Below, piece after piece: positions 24,746 through 34,905 of a DNA stretch of 64,000 nucleotides. Source of the DNA: Thermoplasmatota archaeon (GTDB taxonomy: Archaea; Thermoplasmatota; E2; JACPAO01; JAHFTW01); assembly GCA_041601615.1 (NCBI GenBank), contig JBFIHX010000001.1, forward strand, positions 352,001-416,000, read 5' to 3'. How positions within the stretch are numbered: position 1 is the first letter of the stretch; every line of letters starts with the position of its first letter. A program made the translations under genes and the position numbers. The notes under the pieces were generated by a model, which did no database searches, was not told the DNA's origin, and saw only the letters and a program-made list of their open reading frames with translations.

Positions 24746-25909
24746 ATGGAGCCACCCTTTCGCGTCGGCGGCGGCGAAGTTGAAAGCCCTTACTTCATCG
24801 GCCGTTGGAACGAGTTGAACGATCTCGTGCACACCCTTGGCTCCATGAGCGAGAACAAAGTGGTGCTCGGAATCCGCCGCGTGGGCAAATCATGCCTCAT
24901 TCACAACGCACTCCGAGCCATCCGAACCACCTATCCTGGCGTTTTGTGTGGCAAAATCAATTGTCGCGGAATCGGCTCCCATCGCAGCCTCGCAGATGAG
25001 ATTGTCCTCGCAGCCCTCCAGGCATACAAAGATGAGGCCCTCGTTCGCGGCTGGACGCGGCTTCGAGGGCACCTTGCAAGTCGACGAATCGCCCAAGCCA
25101 TCGACGCCGTGAACGCCATTGAATTTACGGCCGTCCAGGAGTTGTTTCGGGCGCGCATCGAACTGCACGAGCGGAGCTTGTCCGAGGAACAATTTCTGCG
25201 CCGCGCCTTTCAATTCCTTCGCGAGTTCACAACGGCCGACCGGCAATTGGTCCTTGCCCTAGACGAGTTCCAGGAACTCGAAAAGCTCCCGGGCGACATT
25301 TTCCAGCATTTCAAAGCGGCAAGCGACAGCCTACCGAATGTCCGTTTCGTGTTCAGCGGCAGCAGCCTCGGCTTGCTGGAGAAAGTGTTTCTTCGTCCCG
25401 ACAGCCCCCTCTACCTCATGGCGGGAAAAATGCACTTGGCGCCCTTGCCAGACCTCGCCGTGGAAGCATTCGTCGGCGACCGACTTCAGCTTGCAGGCAT
25501 TGAGGCAGACAAGGATACCTGTCTGCATGTCCACACGCGCACCGGCGGCATCCCGTACTATGTCCAGAAGCTTGGTTTACTCATGTGGATTCGAGCGCTC
25601 CAGAGCAGAATGCTGCAAGTCACGACTGACGATGTGGACGCGGCGTTCGAGGAAATGTTGCGGGAAGTGGGCGGCGAGTTTGAGTCACGCCTTGAACACA
25701 AGTATGGGCCGCTACAGAAGGACATTCTTCGAGCCATTTCAGAAGGATTCCACCGCCGCCGAGACATCGCCACCGCCATCGACCGACCGGAAGGGCAACT
25801 AAGTGCGGCGCTTCGCAGCATGGAAGCAGGGCAAGTGATTTTCAAGGCGGGGCGAGGAGTCTACGAAATTGCAGATCCGGTTTTCCAGGAGTGGCTTCGA
25901 AGGCTGTAA
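24746..25909 (+). CDS. Archaeal ATPase family P-loop NTPase with C-terminal winged HTH
   Basis: FIGRWNEL, Walker A GIRRVGKS, Walker B LALDEFQ, SGSS, TGGIPYYVQ and YEIADPVFQEWL. Confidence 0.85.
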   Translation: MEPPFRVGGGEVESPYFIGRWNELNDLVHTLGSMSENKVVLGIRRVGKSCLIHNALRAIRTTYPGVLCGKINCRGIGSHRSLADEIVLAALQAYKDEALVRGWTRLRGHLASRRIAQAIDAVNAIEFTAVQELFRARIELHERSLSEEQFLRRAFQFLREFTTADRQLVLALDEFQELEKLPGDIFQHFKAASDSLPNVRFVFSGSSLGLLEKVFLRPDSPLYLMAGKMHLAPLPDLAVEAFVGDRLQLAGIEADKDTCLHVHTRTGGIPYYVQKLGLLMWIRALQSRMLQVTTDDVDAAFEEMLREVGGEFESRLEHKYGPLQKDILRAISEGFHRRRDIATAIDRPEGQLSAALRSMEAGQVIFKAGRGVYEIADPVFQEWLRRL

Positions 25910-25937
25910 CCAGATTTGCCCTAGCGCGCAGGATTGC

Positions 25938-27590
25938 CTAAAGATCCCCACCCGCAACGTATTCTCCCCACGCCTCGCGCATGACGCCACAAATCTCTCC
26001 GACCGTCGCATAGCTGCGAACCGCGTCGAGAATGAACGGCAACACGTTCTCGCTTCCGGCGGCGGCACCCCGCAGCGCCTCTAGTTTCTGGGCCACCACG
26101 TCCGCGTCTCGTTCCGCCTTCAGGGCTGCGAGTTTGGCCAGTTGGGCTTTCTCGGCGGAATCGTCGAGCTTCAGGACCTCGAAATGGTCCTCGTCTTCCA
26201 TGACGTAGTCGTTGACGCCCACGACGGTGCGCTCATTTCGCTCCACTTCGCGCTGGAAGCGGAAGGCGGCATCGTGGATTTGGTGCTGGACCCAGCCCTT
26301 TTCGATGGCGCGAAGCACTCCGCCCATGTCGTCGATTTTCTGGATGATCTCGAATGCTTCTGCCTCCAGTTCATCCGTGAGTTTCTCGACGGCAAAGCTG
26401 CCGGCGACGGGGTCGATGGTGTTGGTGACGCCGGACTCTTCGGCGATGATTTGCTGCGTGCGCAGGGCGATGCGGGCGGATTTTTCCGTGGGAAGGCCGA
26501 GCGCTTCGTCCATGGCATTGGTGTGCAGGCTCTGGGTGCCGCCAAGAACCGCCGCGAGTGCCTGGAGTGCGACGCGGACTACGTTGTTTTCCGGTTGCTG
26601 CGCCGTGAGCGTGGAGCCGGCCACTTGCGTGTGGAATCGAAGCATGGCGCTTTTTGGGTCCTTGGCGCCAAACCGCTCGGTCATGATGGTGTGCCACATG
26701 CGGCGGGCGGCGCGGAACTTGGCGATTTCCTCCAAGAAGTCGTTGTGTCCGTTGAAGAAGAAGGCAAGGCGGGGGCCGAAGGTATCCACGTCTTGGCCTG
26801 CGTCCACGGCGGCTTGCACGTAGGCGATGCCGTCGGCCAAGGTGAATGCGAGTTCCTGGGCTGCGGTGCTGCCGGCTTCGCGGATGTGGTAGCCGCTGAT
26901 GCTGATGGTGTTCCACTTCGGGACGTTCTCGGCACAGTACGCAAAGGTGTCCGTAATGAGACGCATGCTGGGTGCGGGCGGGAAAATGTAGGTGCCGCGA
27001 GCGACGTATTCCTTGAGAATGTCATTCTGGATCGTGCCCGAGACCTTCGCCATGTCGACGCCTTGCTTTTCGGCGACGGCGAGGTACATACAGAGAAGTA
27101 CTGCGGCGGGCGCGTTGATGGTCATGCTCGTGGTGACCTTGTCCAGCGGGATGCCGTCGAAGAGAATCTCCATGTCGCGCAGGCTGTCGATGGCAACGCC
27201 CACTTTGCCCACTTCGCCTTCGCTCATGGGGTCGTCCGAGTCCATGCCGATTTGCGTAGGCAAGTCGAAGGCGACACTGAGGCCGGTGCTGCCTTGCTCT
27301 AGGAGCATCTTGTAGCGCTGATTGGATTCCTCAGGCGTGCTGAAGCCGGCGTACTGGCGCATGGTCCAGAAGCGGCCTCGGTACATGGTGGGCTGGACGC
27401 CGCGGGTGTAGGGCGCCTCGCCGGGATAGCCAAGCTTTGCGTCCGGATCGAAGCCCGCAAGGTCGTCGCCTGCGTACAGCGCCTCCAATTCGCGGCCGCT
27501 GAAAGCCGAAAAGGATTCCTTGCGTTCGGGACGCTTGGCCGTGAACGGCTCGTACGTCTCGCGTTCCCAGTCCCGCTTGGACCGCACCAT
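25938..27590 (-). CDS. Methylmalonyl-CoA mutase family, large (substrate-binding) subunit, split type
   Basis: [35 protein letters not shown] and [11 protein letters not shown]; no C-terminal B12-binding domain. Confidence 0.93.
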   Translation of the reverse strand: MVRSKRDWERETYEPFTAKRPERKESFSAFSGRELEALYAGDDLAGFDPDAKLGYPGEAPYTRGVQPTMYRGRFWTMRQYAGFSTPEESNQRYKMLLEQGSTGLSVAFDLPTQIGMDSDDPMSEGEVGKVGVAIDSLRDMEILFDGIPLDKVTTSMTINAPAAVLLCMYLAVAEKQGVDMAKVSGTIQNDILKEYVARGTYIFPPAPSMRLITDTFAYCAENVPKWNTISISGYHIREAGSTAAQELAFTLADGIAYVQAAVDAGQDVDTFGPRLAFFFNGHNDFLEEIAKFRAARRMWHTIMTERFGAKDPKSAMLRFHTQVAGSTLTAQQPENNVVRVALQALAAVLGGTQSLHTNAMDEALGLPTEKSARIALRTQQIIAEESGVTNTIDPVAGSFAVEKLTDELEAEAFEIIQKIDDMGGVLRAIEKGWVQHQIHDAAFRFQREVERNERTVVGVNDYVMEDEDHFEVLKLDDSAEKAQLAKLAALKAERDADVVAQKLEALRGAAAGSENVLPFILDAVRSYATVGEICGVMREAWGEYVAGGDL

Positions 27591-27693
27591 GAGTCGTTCG
27601 GAGGCGGGCGCCGGTTACAAAGGCGGCGGCCTGCATCGGCGGCATTTTGATCAAAACCCCCCAAGTGCAAAGCGAGACGCAGAAACCGATAGA

Positions 27694-28182
27694 CTAGGTG
27701 ACTTGTTCCCGCTCTGCTTCCATCACGGCCTCTTTGGCCAATTCTAGGCATTTTTGTACAGAGTCGCGCCGGATGTCGTCGCGGTCGCCGTCAAAGTGGT
27801 ACTTGTGGACCGACAAGAGATCCACTGGGCCAAGCACCGCGATCCAGACGGTCCCGACCGGTTTTGCCTCGGTTCCCCCATCGGGCCCTGCGATGCCGCT
27901 GACGGCGATGGCCACGTCCACTGCGAACCGTGTGCGCAACCCGCGAGCCATCGCTTCCACGGTTGCGCCACTGACCGCGCCGTGGGTTGCCAATTGGGCC
28001 TTGGTGACCCCGAGGATGTCTCGTTTGACATCGTTGTGGTACGCAAGGATGCCGCCGCGAAAAACGGCGCTGGCACCCGGTACGGCGGTGATGGCAGCCC
28101 CCAGGAGGCCACCCGTGCAGGATTCAGCAACGGCCATGCTTAGGCCGCGCGAACGAAGAGAATCAAGGATTTCGTGCACCAT
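27694..28182 (-). CDS. pncC: CinA C-terminal domain / NMN deamidase
   Basis: AVAESCTGGLL, GAVS and SGIAGPDGG...KPVGTVW. Confidence 0.88.
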   Translation of the reverse strand: MVHEILDSLRSRGLSMAVAESCTGGLLGAAITAVPGASAVFRGGILAYHNDVKRDILGVTKAQLATHGAVSGATVEAMARGLRTRFAVDVAIAVSGIAGPDGGTEAKPVGTVWIAVLGPVDLLSVHKYHFDGDRDDIRRDSVQKCLELAKEAVMEAEREQVT

Positions 28183-28190
28183 GGCCCGTG

Positions 28191-28694
28191 TCAGGCGGGC
28201 ACCCCCGATTCCAGGCTACGAATCCTCTTGTCGGCGCCCATTTCGTCCAAGATGGACACGATGGCTGGGGGGACGGCGTCGCGCCAAGCACGGTCGCCCG
28301 CTGCAAGCCGCATGCGGACGGTGGCGCCTTTTTGGTCGTCGCGTGCAACGAGTCCGGTTCGGCGAATGGGAATGCCGGCGTCCTCGAAGAGGTCGAGGGT
28401 CCGTTCATCGTTGCCGAAGACACGATCCACAGGACCGACGGTTTTCATCACGTGGTCTGCCCAGTTGGGCGGGTCGTGAATATCAGGGACAGACAGCACC
28501 TCCACGGTGTCGCCGAAGACGGCGCGAACCATGCGCTCCCGTTCTTCGAACGTGAACGGGTTGCGCACGCTGACGGGGGCGTTGCTGCTTCCGATGCCGA
28601 CGACCACGTGGACACAGTCCTCGATGGCGGCTCGGATGACACTGGCATGTCCCTTGTGGAGGGGTTGGAAACGTCCGATGACGAGGCCACGCAC
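28191..28694 (-). CDS. nadM: Nicotinamide-nucleotide adenylyltransferase (archaeal NadM type)
   Basis: GRFQPLHKGH and GIGSS..RNPFTFEER. Confidence 0.9.
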   Translation of the reverse strand: MRGLVIGRFQPLHKGHASVIRAAIEDCVHVVVGIGSSNAPVSVRNPFTFEERERMVRAVFGDTVEVLSVPDIHDPPNWADHVMKTVGPVDRVFGNDERTLDLFEDAGIPIRRTGLVARDDQKGATVRMRLAAGDRAWRDAVPPAIVSILDEMGADKRIRSLESGVPA

Positions 28695-28757
28695 GCATTC
28701 AGATGCGCACCGCCTGCTTATGCCTCTTTCCCTGGGAATTGCCAGCCCGGAAACGGC

Positions 28758-30785
28758 CTAGAAGTCGTTCTTGGTTGGGACGTTTTCCATGGGTATGGCC
28801 GCAGTGGGCCCGCCTTCCAGGGACTCTTCGAGCACGCTGAGTTTCTCCAGGAGTTCCTGCTTGGCGGGGCTGTCCACGAGCGCGTGGCGCACCACGTCGT
28901 GGATGGTGTCGCAGGGGATGACCTTGATCTTGTCCGCGTAGTCGTCCTCGATGAGCACGTCGATCTCGTTGGCCTTGGGAATCAAGACGGTCTTGATGCC
29001 AATCTTGGCCGCTGCTTCGATCTTGGCCGTGACACCGCCGACGGGGAGCACGAGGCCGTGCACGCTGAGGCTACCGGTCATGGCGACGTCTTGGCGCACG
29101 CGGGTCTTGGTGAGGGCAGAAAGCACGGCGGTGGCCACGGTGACACTTGCGGAGTCGCCTTCAACGCCTTCGTGGGCCAAGACGAACTGAACGTGGATGT
29201 CGTGGTTGCTTACGTCCTCGCGCAGGAACCGCTTGACGATGGCGCTGATGTTCTGGACCGATTCCTTGGCGATCTCGCCGAGTTTTCCGGTGGCGATGAT
29301 CTTGCCCTCGCCGCGGGAGCTTGCGGGGGCAATCTGGGCGTCGATCTCCATGACGATGCCGCTGTGTTCGTTCATGCCGCCGCCGGCGGAGAAGACGGCG
29401 AGGCCGTTGACGACGCCGATGAGGGCGCCGGTGGTGCGGATGAGGTTGTATTGTTCCTTGTATTCGATCTGCCGGTCGTAGATCTGCTGTTCCAGAGAGC
29501 GGGCCACACTCTTGGCACGCAGGACGTGGTCTGCGGTGGCAAATTCGGCTTCTTCTTCCTTGGCAAGGTCCCCGGCGACGCGCACGAGGCCGCCGAGTTC
29601 ACGCAGGCGCAGGGTCAGGGTGCCTTTGCGGCCGGCGCGTCGTTGGGCCTCGTGGATGATTTCGGCGACTCCGGTGCGGTCGAAGTGGGGGATTTTGTCG
29701 GCTTCCTTGGCGACTTCTTGGGCGACGAACCGCACGAGTTTGTGGCGGTTTTCGTCCGTGTCTTCCATGTGGTCCTTGACGTAGACTTCGTAGCCGTAGC
29801 CTCGGATGCGGCTGCGCAGGGCAGGGTGCATGCCTTGCAAGGCGTCGAGGTTGCCGGCGGCGATTAGAATGAAGTCGCAGGGTACGGGCTCGGTCTTGAC
29901 CATGGCGCCGCTGCTGCGTTCGCTCTGGCCGGTGATCTGGAATTTCTTGTCCTGGATGGCCGTGAGCATGTGCTGTTGGCTTTGCAGGTGCAGCGTGTTG
30001 ATTTCGTCGATGTACAAGACGCCTCGGTGGGCCTTGTGGATGGCGCCGGCTTCGACGCGGTCGTGGGCGGGGGTTTCGAGGCCGCCGGCTTGGAACGGGT
30101 CGTGGCGCACGTCACCAAGCAAGGCACCGCTGTGGGCGGCGGTGGCGTCGATGAAGGGTGCGGTTTCGTCTTGGTCATGCCCGACGAGTAATTTGGGAAC
30201 GACTTGGTTGGGCCGGTTCATGCCCATGGAGCGGAAAATGAAGAAAACGAGGAGGATGCCAAGAAGGCCGAACAGGATGAAGCTGTATTCTTTGGTGGTG
30301 AATGCGATGAATACGGCGAGGCCGCCGAGGGTCATCATGAGGATCATCATCAGGAAGCCGCGTTGTTCCTGTTTCTTGCGCGCTTCGAATTTTTGAGCGT
30401 CGACGATTTCTTTGCCCTTGCCGGCGGGCACGACGCGGATGCGGGGAGTGTTTTGATCCTCCACGTTGGGGTAAGCGATGACATCTTCCAGTTCCTCTTT
30501 GGGCAGGAATTCAGTCATGGCGCGTGCGAGCATGGATTTGCCCGTGCCGGGGTCGCCGACCATCATGACGTGGCGTTTTTGGACGGCGGCTTTGCGAACG
30601 ACGGTGACGGCGTGGTCTTGGCCGATGACTTGGTCTAGGAGCCGCTTGGGGACCTCGATGTCGGCGGTGGTTTGGATGTCCACCATTTCCATCCATTCGT
30701 TGACAGGAGGCAGGGGTGCTGCGGCCTCCCTGGGCGCCTTGCCCTCGGTGCCGTTGCTCGGGGCCTCTGGTCCATCGTCCGACAT
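28758..30785 (-). CDS. lonB: Archaeal membrane-anchored ATP-dependent protease LonB
   Basis: [15 protein letters not shown], a two-TM insertion, [16 protein letters not shown], catalytic EGDSAS and [10 protein letters not shown]. Start moved to ATG 30785, which has TTTTATC ~30 nt upstream. Confidence 0.96.
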   Translation of the reverse strand: MSDDGPEAPSNGTEGKAPREAAAPLPPVNEWMEMVDIQTTADIEVPKRLLDQVIGQDHAVTVVRKAAVQKRHVMMVGDPGTGKSMLARAMTEFLPKEELEDVIAYPNVEDQNTPRIRVVPAGKGKEIVDAQKFEARKKQEQRGFLMMILMMTLGGLAVFIAFTTKEYSFILFGLLGILLVFFIFRSMGMNRPNQVVPKLLVGHDQDETAPFIDATAAHSGALLGDVRHDPFQAGGLETPAHDRVEAGAIHKAHRGVLYIDEINTLHLQSQQHMLTAIQDKKFQITGQSERSSGAMVKTEPVPCDFILIAAGNLDALQGMHPALRSRIRGYGYEVYVKDHMEDTDENRHKLVRFVAQEVAKEADKIPHFDRTGVAEIIHEAQRRAGRKGTLTLRLRELGGLVRVAGDLAKEEEAEFATADHVLRAKSVARSLEQQIYDRQIEYKEQYNLIRTTGALIGVVNGLAVFSAGGGMNEHSGIVMEIDAQIAPASSRGEGKIIATGKLGEIAKESVQNISAIVKRFLREDVSNHDIHVQFVLAHEGVEGDSASVTVATAVLSALTKTRVRQDVAMTGSLSVHGLVLPVGGVTAKIEAAAKIGIKTVLIPKANEIDVLIEDDYADKIKVIPCDTIHDVVRHALVDSPAKQELLEKLSVLEESLEGGPTAAIPMENVPTKNDF

Positions 30786-30980
30786 GGGTGTCTGGTACCA
30801 CCGAAGTCTCCGATAAAAGCACGGGGTTAGGGGGCGGCGGGCTGCCTTCTGTGGGCGCGGGGCAAATTGGGCCTTGTACAGGAGGACGGAGGGGCAGGGG
30901 CCCAAACTGCACCGTTTTAGAGAATCGCCAAAGTGGCTAAATAGCTACCAAAGCGCAGCAAGTGTTTGGGTGTATCCCAA

Positions 30981-31466
30981 ATGAAGCAGAAGACCCTCCT
31001 CCAACTCGTTCCTCCCCCCAACGAACGGGACTACTTGGAGCACTTCCAGAGCCTCGCAAGCGTGAACCTGGAGATTCGACAGCGGGGACCCACGGCAGAA
31101 CGACTGCTTCGCAAGTCCATCCTTGAAATGGATCTCGGTAACTTTTCGGCAAGCTTGGATGCCGCACGAGACGCGGCCGAGTTGCATCACAAGGACCCGG
31201 AGGCGCGCTACCAAGAAGCAATGGCACTCGTGATGCTGGCCTTCACCAAGGCTGGCGTTCTTGCGGGTGCTGCGGGCATGGAGTCGCCGCTGGCGTCCAC
31301 GCAGACGCTGATGAAGCAGGCAACCCAGGCGTTCGCCGAGGTCGTCAAGTACAATCCTGAAGACGAGGAGGCAGCGGAGGACCTTGCGGCCCTGTCCCGC
31401 TTCCTCATGGAGCATCCAGCCGAGAAGGACCTGGATGCCGGCCTACAGTCCCTGTGGGCCAACTGA
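30981..31466 (+). CDS. Hypothetical TPR-like helical protein
   Basis: Helical repeat pattern ending VKYNPEDEEA; coding-like composition. Confidence 0.6.
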   Translation: MKQKTLLQLVPPPNERDYLEHFQSLASVNLEIRQRGPTAERLLRKSILEMDLGNFSASLDAARDAAELHHKDPEARYQEAMALVMLAFTKAGVLAGAAGMESPLASTQTLMKQATQAFAEVVKYNPEDEEAAEDLAALSRFLMEHPAEKDLDAGLQSLWAN

Positions 31467-31623
31467 GGAAATCCGATCAACATGGGTATCTCCTTTCTCC
31501 TCTTTTCTCCCTTGCAGTTTCGAAGATTGGATGCGAATGGCTGCCAGCATCAGTGAACCATCTTTTTGGCGAACCATACATGCATGGCGATTTGTTTTCT
31601 GATTATTGCGCGCGATGGTTGCG

Positions 31624-32091
31624 TCACGGGCGCTTCCGTCGATACACATCGATTTCACCGCGCAGGCTGGTGGCGGTTCCGATGGTTTGCCAATCTCGAA
31701 CCAGAAAGGACTGGGCTTGGGATTCGTCCACGCTCGTGTAGAGCGCCTCCGCCCCTCGGTTCCAGGCTTCCGTTTCGATGGCGGCGATGAGACGCTGCCG
31801 AATTTGCTGGGTGTGTGGCGCCTCGATTTCGGGCAGCATTCCAGTCAGCCACGGCCCCAAATCAGGGTGGCTGATGGAGGAATCTCGCAGGCATGCGGTT
31901 CCGCGCTGGGTGTCGTTGTCCAGTGCTAGGACACAGTACGGGGCTCCTTTTTTGGCATCGAGACGAGCTTCTAGGTCTCGCTTGGCGTCGCCTGGACCGT
32001 CTTTGTAGTATGGCGCCCAGGCCTTTTCGTACCACGCCACAAGCTCAGGCAGACGTGCGGGGTGAAGTGATAGAGGCTCGATGCTGATCAT
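31624..32091 (-). CDS. GNAT-family acetyltransferase-like protein
   Basis: GTACL..HPDLGPWLTGM..LIAAIETEAWNRGAEALY; acetyl-CoA loop degenerate. Confidence 0.65.
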   Translation of the reverse strand: MISIEPLSLHPARLPELVAWYEKAWAPYYKDGPGDAKRDLEARLDAKKGAPYCVLALDNDTQRGTACLRDSSISHPDLGPWLTGMLPEIEAPHTQQIRQRLIAAIETEAWNRGAEALYTSVDESQAQSFLVRDWQTIGTATSLRGEIDVYRRKRP

Positions 32092-33479
32092 GCAAAGCTG
32101 GTGTGCGTTTCCTTGCCGGCGGGGTCGGCGTTGTGGTGCAGAATGTAGAATCCGCCGTGTGCGTCGCCGGTGATCATGTAGCCATTCCAGACGACCACGT
32201 CCCAGGCTCCGACGCTGTAGTTAGCGCCGTCCATGCGGGGTTCGTGGGGCATGTAGCTGCCGACGGGTTCGGGAGCGGCGAGGTTCGCGTCGCTGTCTAC
32301 GTCGAGGACCCAGAGGCCGCCGTGGTACATGGCGAGGTACAGTTTTCCGTCCACGAATTGGAAATTGTGCATTGAAAAGCTGCCACTTTCGCCTTCAAAG
32401 TCCTCCAGTGCGGTCCATTCGGCCAGCAGTTCCGGGGCGGAGTAGTCGGTGGTGTCGAGGATGAAGAGAGCGGGCGGGTTGGCGCCTTCGGGAATGGTGG
32501 CGGTGATGCGGCGGTCGCCGCCGGGTGTCTCGTGTTTCCAGCTCATGGAGGTGTGGAGGACTCCGTCGTATTTCGTCGCCCCTTCGCCCATCCAGGAACC
32601 TATTTCGATGGGCACTTCGGGGATGCTGACGTCTACGAAGCGGACGCCGAGGTTCCAGAAGCTGACCATGAGCATTGGGGTGCCGGTGAGTGGGTCTTCT
32701 TGGTAGGTCATGTCCTGGTGGCCGCTGACAAAGTGCGTGGGCCAGCCGCTCGGGTTTTCCTGTAGCAGATTCACTTCTTGACCTACGTATTTGGTGGTGG
32801 CGGGGGTCCAGCGGGCGACCGTGAGCACCTCGCGAACACCGTTGACTTCGGGCAAGAGTTGGCCGACGTAGATGGCGTTGTCCAGGGGGGCGCAGAAGAG
32901 GTATTCTTGTTCGTCGATGATGGCGTACTCGACCATATGGCAGCCTGCTAGGAGGCCGGGTACGGGCCAGAAGCCGGCGAGCACCGGGTTTTGCTTGTCT
33001 CGGGTGTCGTAGATGAGGAGGCCAGGGGTGGCGCTCAATTCCATGCCGAGAAAGACCCAGTCTCCTGTGCTGTCTACTTTCAAGTCGGCGGTGTATTTGC
33101 CCAGGACGAGGGATTCGGGTGCGACGGTTTCGGTCAGGCTGACCAATTCGGGGTTGGCGGAGTCGGCGAGGTCGACGATGGCAAAGCCGTAATCGAACAA
33201 CGTGACGAAGGCGTAGCCGCCTGCCACATCGATTTCACCAATGCGGCCGGGGGGCCCGTTGGCGCCGAGGGGGTTGTGGCCGATGAGGTCCACGTTGTTG
33301 CTGAGTGTGTGCGCGGAAAGGTCGCCGTGTTCGTGGCCGTCTCCTGAAAGAACGACGGGATTGACGAAGGGTTGCAGCGCGTTGTCTACGAGCGAGTCGG
33401 CGGGGTCTGGGGTGTCTGAATCCAAGCATCCGGAGAAGCCGAGGCCAACAAGCAGGAACGTCAGGAGGAGGACGCGCAT
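32088..33479 (-). CDS. LVIVD-repeat lipoprotein (secreted beta-propeller)
   Basis: MRVLLLTFLLVGLGFSGC lipobox; repeats GFAIVDLAD..P, GLLIYDTRD..P, GVRFVDVS and GLWVLDV. Confidence 0.82.
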   Translation of the reverse strand: MRVLLLTFLLVGLGFSGCLDSDTPDPADSLVDNALQPFVNPVVLSGDGHEHGDLSAHTLSNNVDLIGHNPLGANGPPGRIGEIDVAGGYAFVTLFDYGFAIVDLADSANPELVSLTETVAPESLVLGKYTADLKVDSTGDWVFLGMELSATPGLLIYDTRDKQNPVLAGFWPVPGLLAGCHMVEYAIIDEQEYLFCAPLDNAIYVGQLLPEVNGVREVLTVARWTPATTKYVGQEVNLLQENPSGWPTHFVSGHQDMTYQEDPLTGTPMLMVSFWNLGVRFVDVSIPEVPIEIGSWMGEGATKYDGVLHTSMSWKHETPGGDRRITATIPEGANPPALFILDTTDYSAPELLAEWTALEDFEGESGSFSMHNFQFVDGKLYLAMYHGGLWVLDVDSDANLAAPEPVGSYMPHEPRMDGANYSVGAWDVVVWNGYMITGDAHGGFYILHHNADPAGKETHTSFA

Positions 33480-33658
33480 CGAGCACGAGGCTGGGACGGG
33501 CAACTTTAGGTTTGGGGTGATGCCACGAGCGTTCCAAAAGTCCCAGCGGCTTCCATAACTAGGGGAACCAATTGCTAAATGGGGGGCCCTAAGGAGAGGG
33601 CGTTCAAGGGGTGAGGTGGGGGAGTAGGTTGCATAAGTGGGGGAGTCTGCCAGGGGCG

Positions 33659-33952
33659 TTAGTCTTGATGGGGTGGCTCCCGCCATCCTTCATCGCGTCG
33701 TTGCCTCCACCGGGCTTCGCGTTCTTTCCGCCATTGTTCGACTCGTTGGTGTTGATTTTCGAGTTCTTCCCGAGTGGGGCGGCGGAACGTCACAACCACA
33801 TAGTCGCCTTGGTCAATGCCTAGAGCTTCTGAATCATTTTTGGAAAACGGCACATAATGGACGAATCCCGTTCGGCGGATTCTCTTCGTGCGTTTCAGGG
33901 TCAGAGACTCAATCTCTGGGCAGTCTTCATGCGTCGTGTTTGTCGGGGTCAT
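33659..33952 (-). CDS. AbrB/SpoVT-like DNA-binding protein
   Basis: KRIRRTGFVHYVPFSKNDSEALGIDQGDYVVVTF; ATGA-coupled to the upstream ORF. Confidence 0.6.
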   Translation of the reverse strand: MTPTNTTHEDCPEIESLTLKRTKRIRRTGFVHYVPFSKNDSEALGIDQGDYVVVTFRRPTREELENQHQRVEQWRKEREARWRQRRDEGWREPPHQD

Positions 33953-34296
33953 AGTTTCACTTCCATTCGTGGTTTTCTTTCCTGGTGTTTGGCCCAAGGT
34001 GGGCCGTCTAGTACGACCTGGATTTCTCCTGTAAACAGGGTTCCGAGGTCTTCGTAAAGGGCAGGGTAAGTAGTGCGAAGGTGATCCTCCAATTCTCGAA
34101 GGGCGGTGGAAACGCGATTTATGGCGCAGATTTCGGATTCGTCGAGATTGATGACGTACCCACCCATGACACGGGCAACGCGCAACTCTCGAAGGTCTGC
34201 CAAAGAACTGTGAATGTGTGTTCCGACAACGGTTCCCAAAGTCCCACTTGTCCAAGCACCGTGGCGAATTGGTGCAAGAACACGAATTACAACCAC
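33949..34296 (-). CDS. Hypothetical protein
   Basis: ORF whose stop overlaps the next start; start uncertain. Confidence 0.45.
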   Translation of the reverse strand: MVVIRVLAPIRHGAWTSGTLGTVVGTHIHSSLADLRELRVARVMGGYVINLDESEICAINRVSTALRELEDHLRTTYPALYEDLGTLFTGEIQVVLDGPPWAKHQERKPRMEVKL

Positions 34297-34368
34297 CCCC
34301 GCAAAGCTGGCCAGATTCGAGGCTCAAATCCAGGGATACGGTTGATTGAGCATCTTTGATTGTCGGTG

Positions 34369-34614
34369 CTACTTTTCACGGCGACAGCCCCCCATTTCAA
34401 TGATGACAAGTGACCCACAGGCTGGACAAGACGCCGACCAGATGCCTACGGGGCCTGCATCTGGATCTTCGACTTGCCCCCATTGCGTGATGGGGGTGTT
34501 GCAGCCTCGGCACTCGACCGGAGATCTTGTGGGCCGCTGCTGGCAAACAAAATCGAAGCGGGGAGATTTTGCCTCCGATTCGCCGGAGAACCTGTTTGAG
34601 GCGTTTTGGGCCAT
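34369..34614 (-). CDS. Small zinc-ribbon protein
   Basis: CRGC...CPAC pairs; ATG at 34614 lies just downstream of the palindrome cluster. Confidence 0.5.
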   Translation of the reverse strand: MAQNASNRFSGESEAKSPRFDFVCQQRPTRSPVECRGCNTPITQWGQVEDPDAGPVGIWSASCPACGSLVIIEMGGCRREK

Positions 34615-34623
34615 GTGGGCCAA

Positions 34624-34725
34624 TAGCCCACTTGGGCTACTTATCATCTGCCCCAAATAGGCTGTTGACCCATATGGGCCATTTATATTGCGCGGGCTTT
34701 TAGCCCTGGGCCGACATCTGGCCCA
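34624..34725. promoter_or_regulatory. Divergent promoter with four GCCC/GGGC palindromes around a TTTATA box
   Basis: TAGCCCA-CT-TGGGCTA (34624), CCCATATGGG (34669), TTTATA (34682), GGGCT-TTT-AGCCC (34694) and TGGGCC-N7-GGCCCA (34707). Confidence 0.55.
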
Positions 34726-34727
34726 AC

Positions 34728-34901
34728 GTGGACGCGCGACCGAAGCCAGATGTAGCCCGGAGCATCGACAGCACAGGTCGATTGCGGCTACCGCCAGAAG
34801 TCAAGAAACGACTCAAACTTGACTCCGGGGATTCCGTTGGGTTCTTCTTTGAGGACGACCGAATCTGGATCAGTAAAGTCGAATTTGTGGCGACCGACTA
34901 G
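34728..34901 (+). CDS. AbrB/MazE/SpoVT family regulator (57 aa), not in the ORF track
   Basis: GTG start; ARSIDSTGRLRLPPEVKKRLKLDSGDSVGFFFEDDRIWISK is a clear swapped-hairpin pattern. Confidence 0.8.
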   Translation: MDARPKPDVARSIDSTGRLRLPPEVKKRLKLDSGDSVGFFFEDDRIWISKVEFVATD

Positions 34902-34905
34902 AGCC

